36,607 nt of DNA from a virus. Position 1 is the first letter of the stretch, and each line of letters starts with the position of its first letter. The stretch lies in IMG/VR virus record IMGVR_UViG_3300006217_000229. One strand, given 5' to 3'. The notes beneath the pieces are model-generated. The model saw only the letters and a program-made list of their open reading frames with translations. It had not been told where the DNA came from and did not search any database. The translations under genes were made by a program, and so were the position numbers. Of the stretch, positions 35,872 to 36,607 are shown piece by piece.

Positions 35872-36607
35872 ATGTATCTTACAAATCCGTATTATGAAGA
35901 AGCTTTAGATGATGAAAACAAAAAATTTCAAGCAAGAATAAAGCTAAGAGATAATACTTTGTATAACGCAAATATAAAAAACATTAAATATGATTTAGAT
36001 ATAAACCCAAATGATAAATTTATGTTAGGGGGTGTTTACGGAGCTTCTGTATCTGCTACACTTTTAAACTACGAAGGTGATTTGGATGGCATAAATTTTG
36101 AAAATGAGGAATTTATAATAGATCTAAAGATATTTATCAAGGATTTATATACCGTATCAGACCTTCATCATGAACTAGTGGAAATAGTAAATAGAGCAAA
36201 AATTAAAAAGATGACAAGTTTATGGATTCCACAAGGAAAGTTCTATGTTACAGAAATTAAGAAAAATGAAGATAGAACGATATCGATTAAGTTGATAGAT
36301 AAGACAAAGTATTTAGAAGATATTTACATTTGTACTTTAGAACCACCATTCACATTAAAACAGTTATATGATGATGTTCATAAGCAAGCACAGATAATAT
36401 CAGATACAAATTATTTCTACAATCAAGATAAGATAATAGATAAAGTACTTGAGCGGCTATACATATAAACAAATATTAGGGTTTATAGCAGAGTGTGCAA
36501 GTGGTTTTTATTTTATAAATAGATTAGGAAACGGAGAACTTAGGGAATATAGTTCAGAATGTTCAAAAATTATAAAAAAAGGAAAATATAAAGAATTTTT
36601 ACCGTCT
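35872..36607 (+). CDS. Tail endopeptidase / Tal N-terminal part; recoded at CGG 36454; continues at nt 32 through the circular junction
   Basis: MYLTNPYYEEALDDENKKFQARIKLRDNTLYNANIKNIKYDLDINPNDKFMLGGVYG...IIDKVLEGYTYKQILGFIAECASGFYFINRLGNGELREYSSECSKII. Confidence 0.88.
36454..36457 (+). other. CGGC recoding site 18 (Tal), P-site codon GAG
   Basis: 0 frame DKVLERLYI* ; minus C gives KVLEGYTYKQILGFIAECASGFYFINRLG. Confidence 0.93.
36580..36607 (+). repeat. Terminal redundancy with nt 4-31 of the window (circular contig overlap)
   Basis: aggaaaatataaagaatttttaccgtct at both ends. Confidence 0.95.

Noticed and set aside
1-36607. Interpreting the many split ORFs as pseudogenes of a decaying prophage
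   Set aside because: All breaks are the same kind (+1 at in-frame CGG), the conserved residues on both sides are intact, the contig is circular, and I saw no premature stops by substitution or indels of other kinds.
1-36607. Random or homopolymer sequencing errors as the cause of the frame breaks
   Set aside because: Sites are not in homopolymers and are strictly locked to one codon phase, which a base-calling artefact cannot know. Raw reads should still be checked; a deliberately altered sequence cannot be excluded from sequence alone.
1-36607. A -2 shift (two bases missing) instead of one extra C
   Set aside because: Would add one residue at each joint. Spacing of motifs I recognise (GLYSGYP, VVYGNIPSTLSQ, TTGGHF, PVGSI, GDTPLGNI) fits exactly one Gly and no extra residue.

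Overview
The window is a complete AT-rich temperate siphophage genome of Firmicutes/Clostridia type. It appears circular: its last ~28 nt repeat nt 4-31, and the tail endopeptidase gene reads across the joined ends. Modules in order: tail fibre and lysis; attP beside an integrase; S24 repressor and Cro-like gene; DUF2800/SpoVS-like/DUF2815/DNA polymerase/VapE-type primase-helicase/VRR-NUC/SNF2 replication block; terminase, portal, capsid, connectors, major tail protein, tape measure, Dit-like, Tal. The attP core is the 3' 45 nt of an initiator tRNA-fMet gene. The most unusual signal concerns CGG. I counted by eye 18 places where a conserved phage gene is broken by +1 nt, and each break falls exactly on an in-frame CGG codon. 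Skipping the C (XXX-C-GGN) restores the conserved downstream frame and gives glycine at the join, often a family-conserved glycine. I found no in-frame CGG used as an ordinary sense codon in any convincing gene, although dozens of out-of-phase cgg trinucleotides are harmless. The affected genes are DNA polymerase (3 sites), endolysin (3), Tal (3), portal (2), TerS (2), and one site each in the SNF2 helicase, tail-assembly chaperone, tail fibre, XhlA-like lysis protein and excisionase-like gene. This looks like genome-wide recoding of CGG (+1 frameshift or quadruplet CGGN decoding as Gly at a vacant codon) rather than decay or random error. Other observations: a duplicated 78-nt leader with an RBS-presenting hairpin before the major capsid and major tail genes, a Com-like zinc-finger ORF, operator-like repeat clusters, arm-type repeats flanking attP, SpoVS-like and Spo0E-like genes, and a zinc-ribbon moron. 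All family calls are from recognition of protein motifs; no database was searched.
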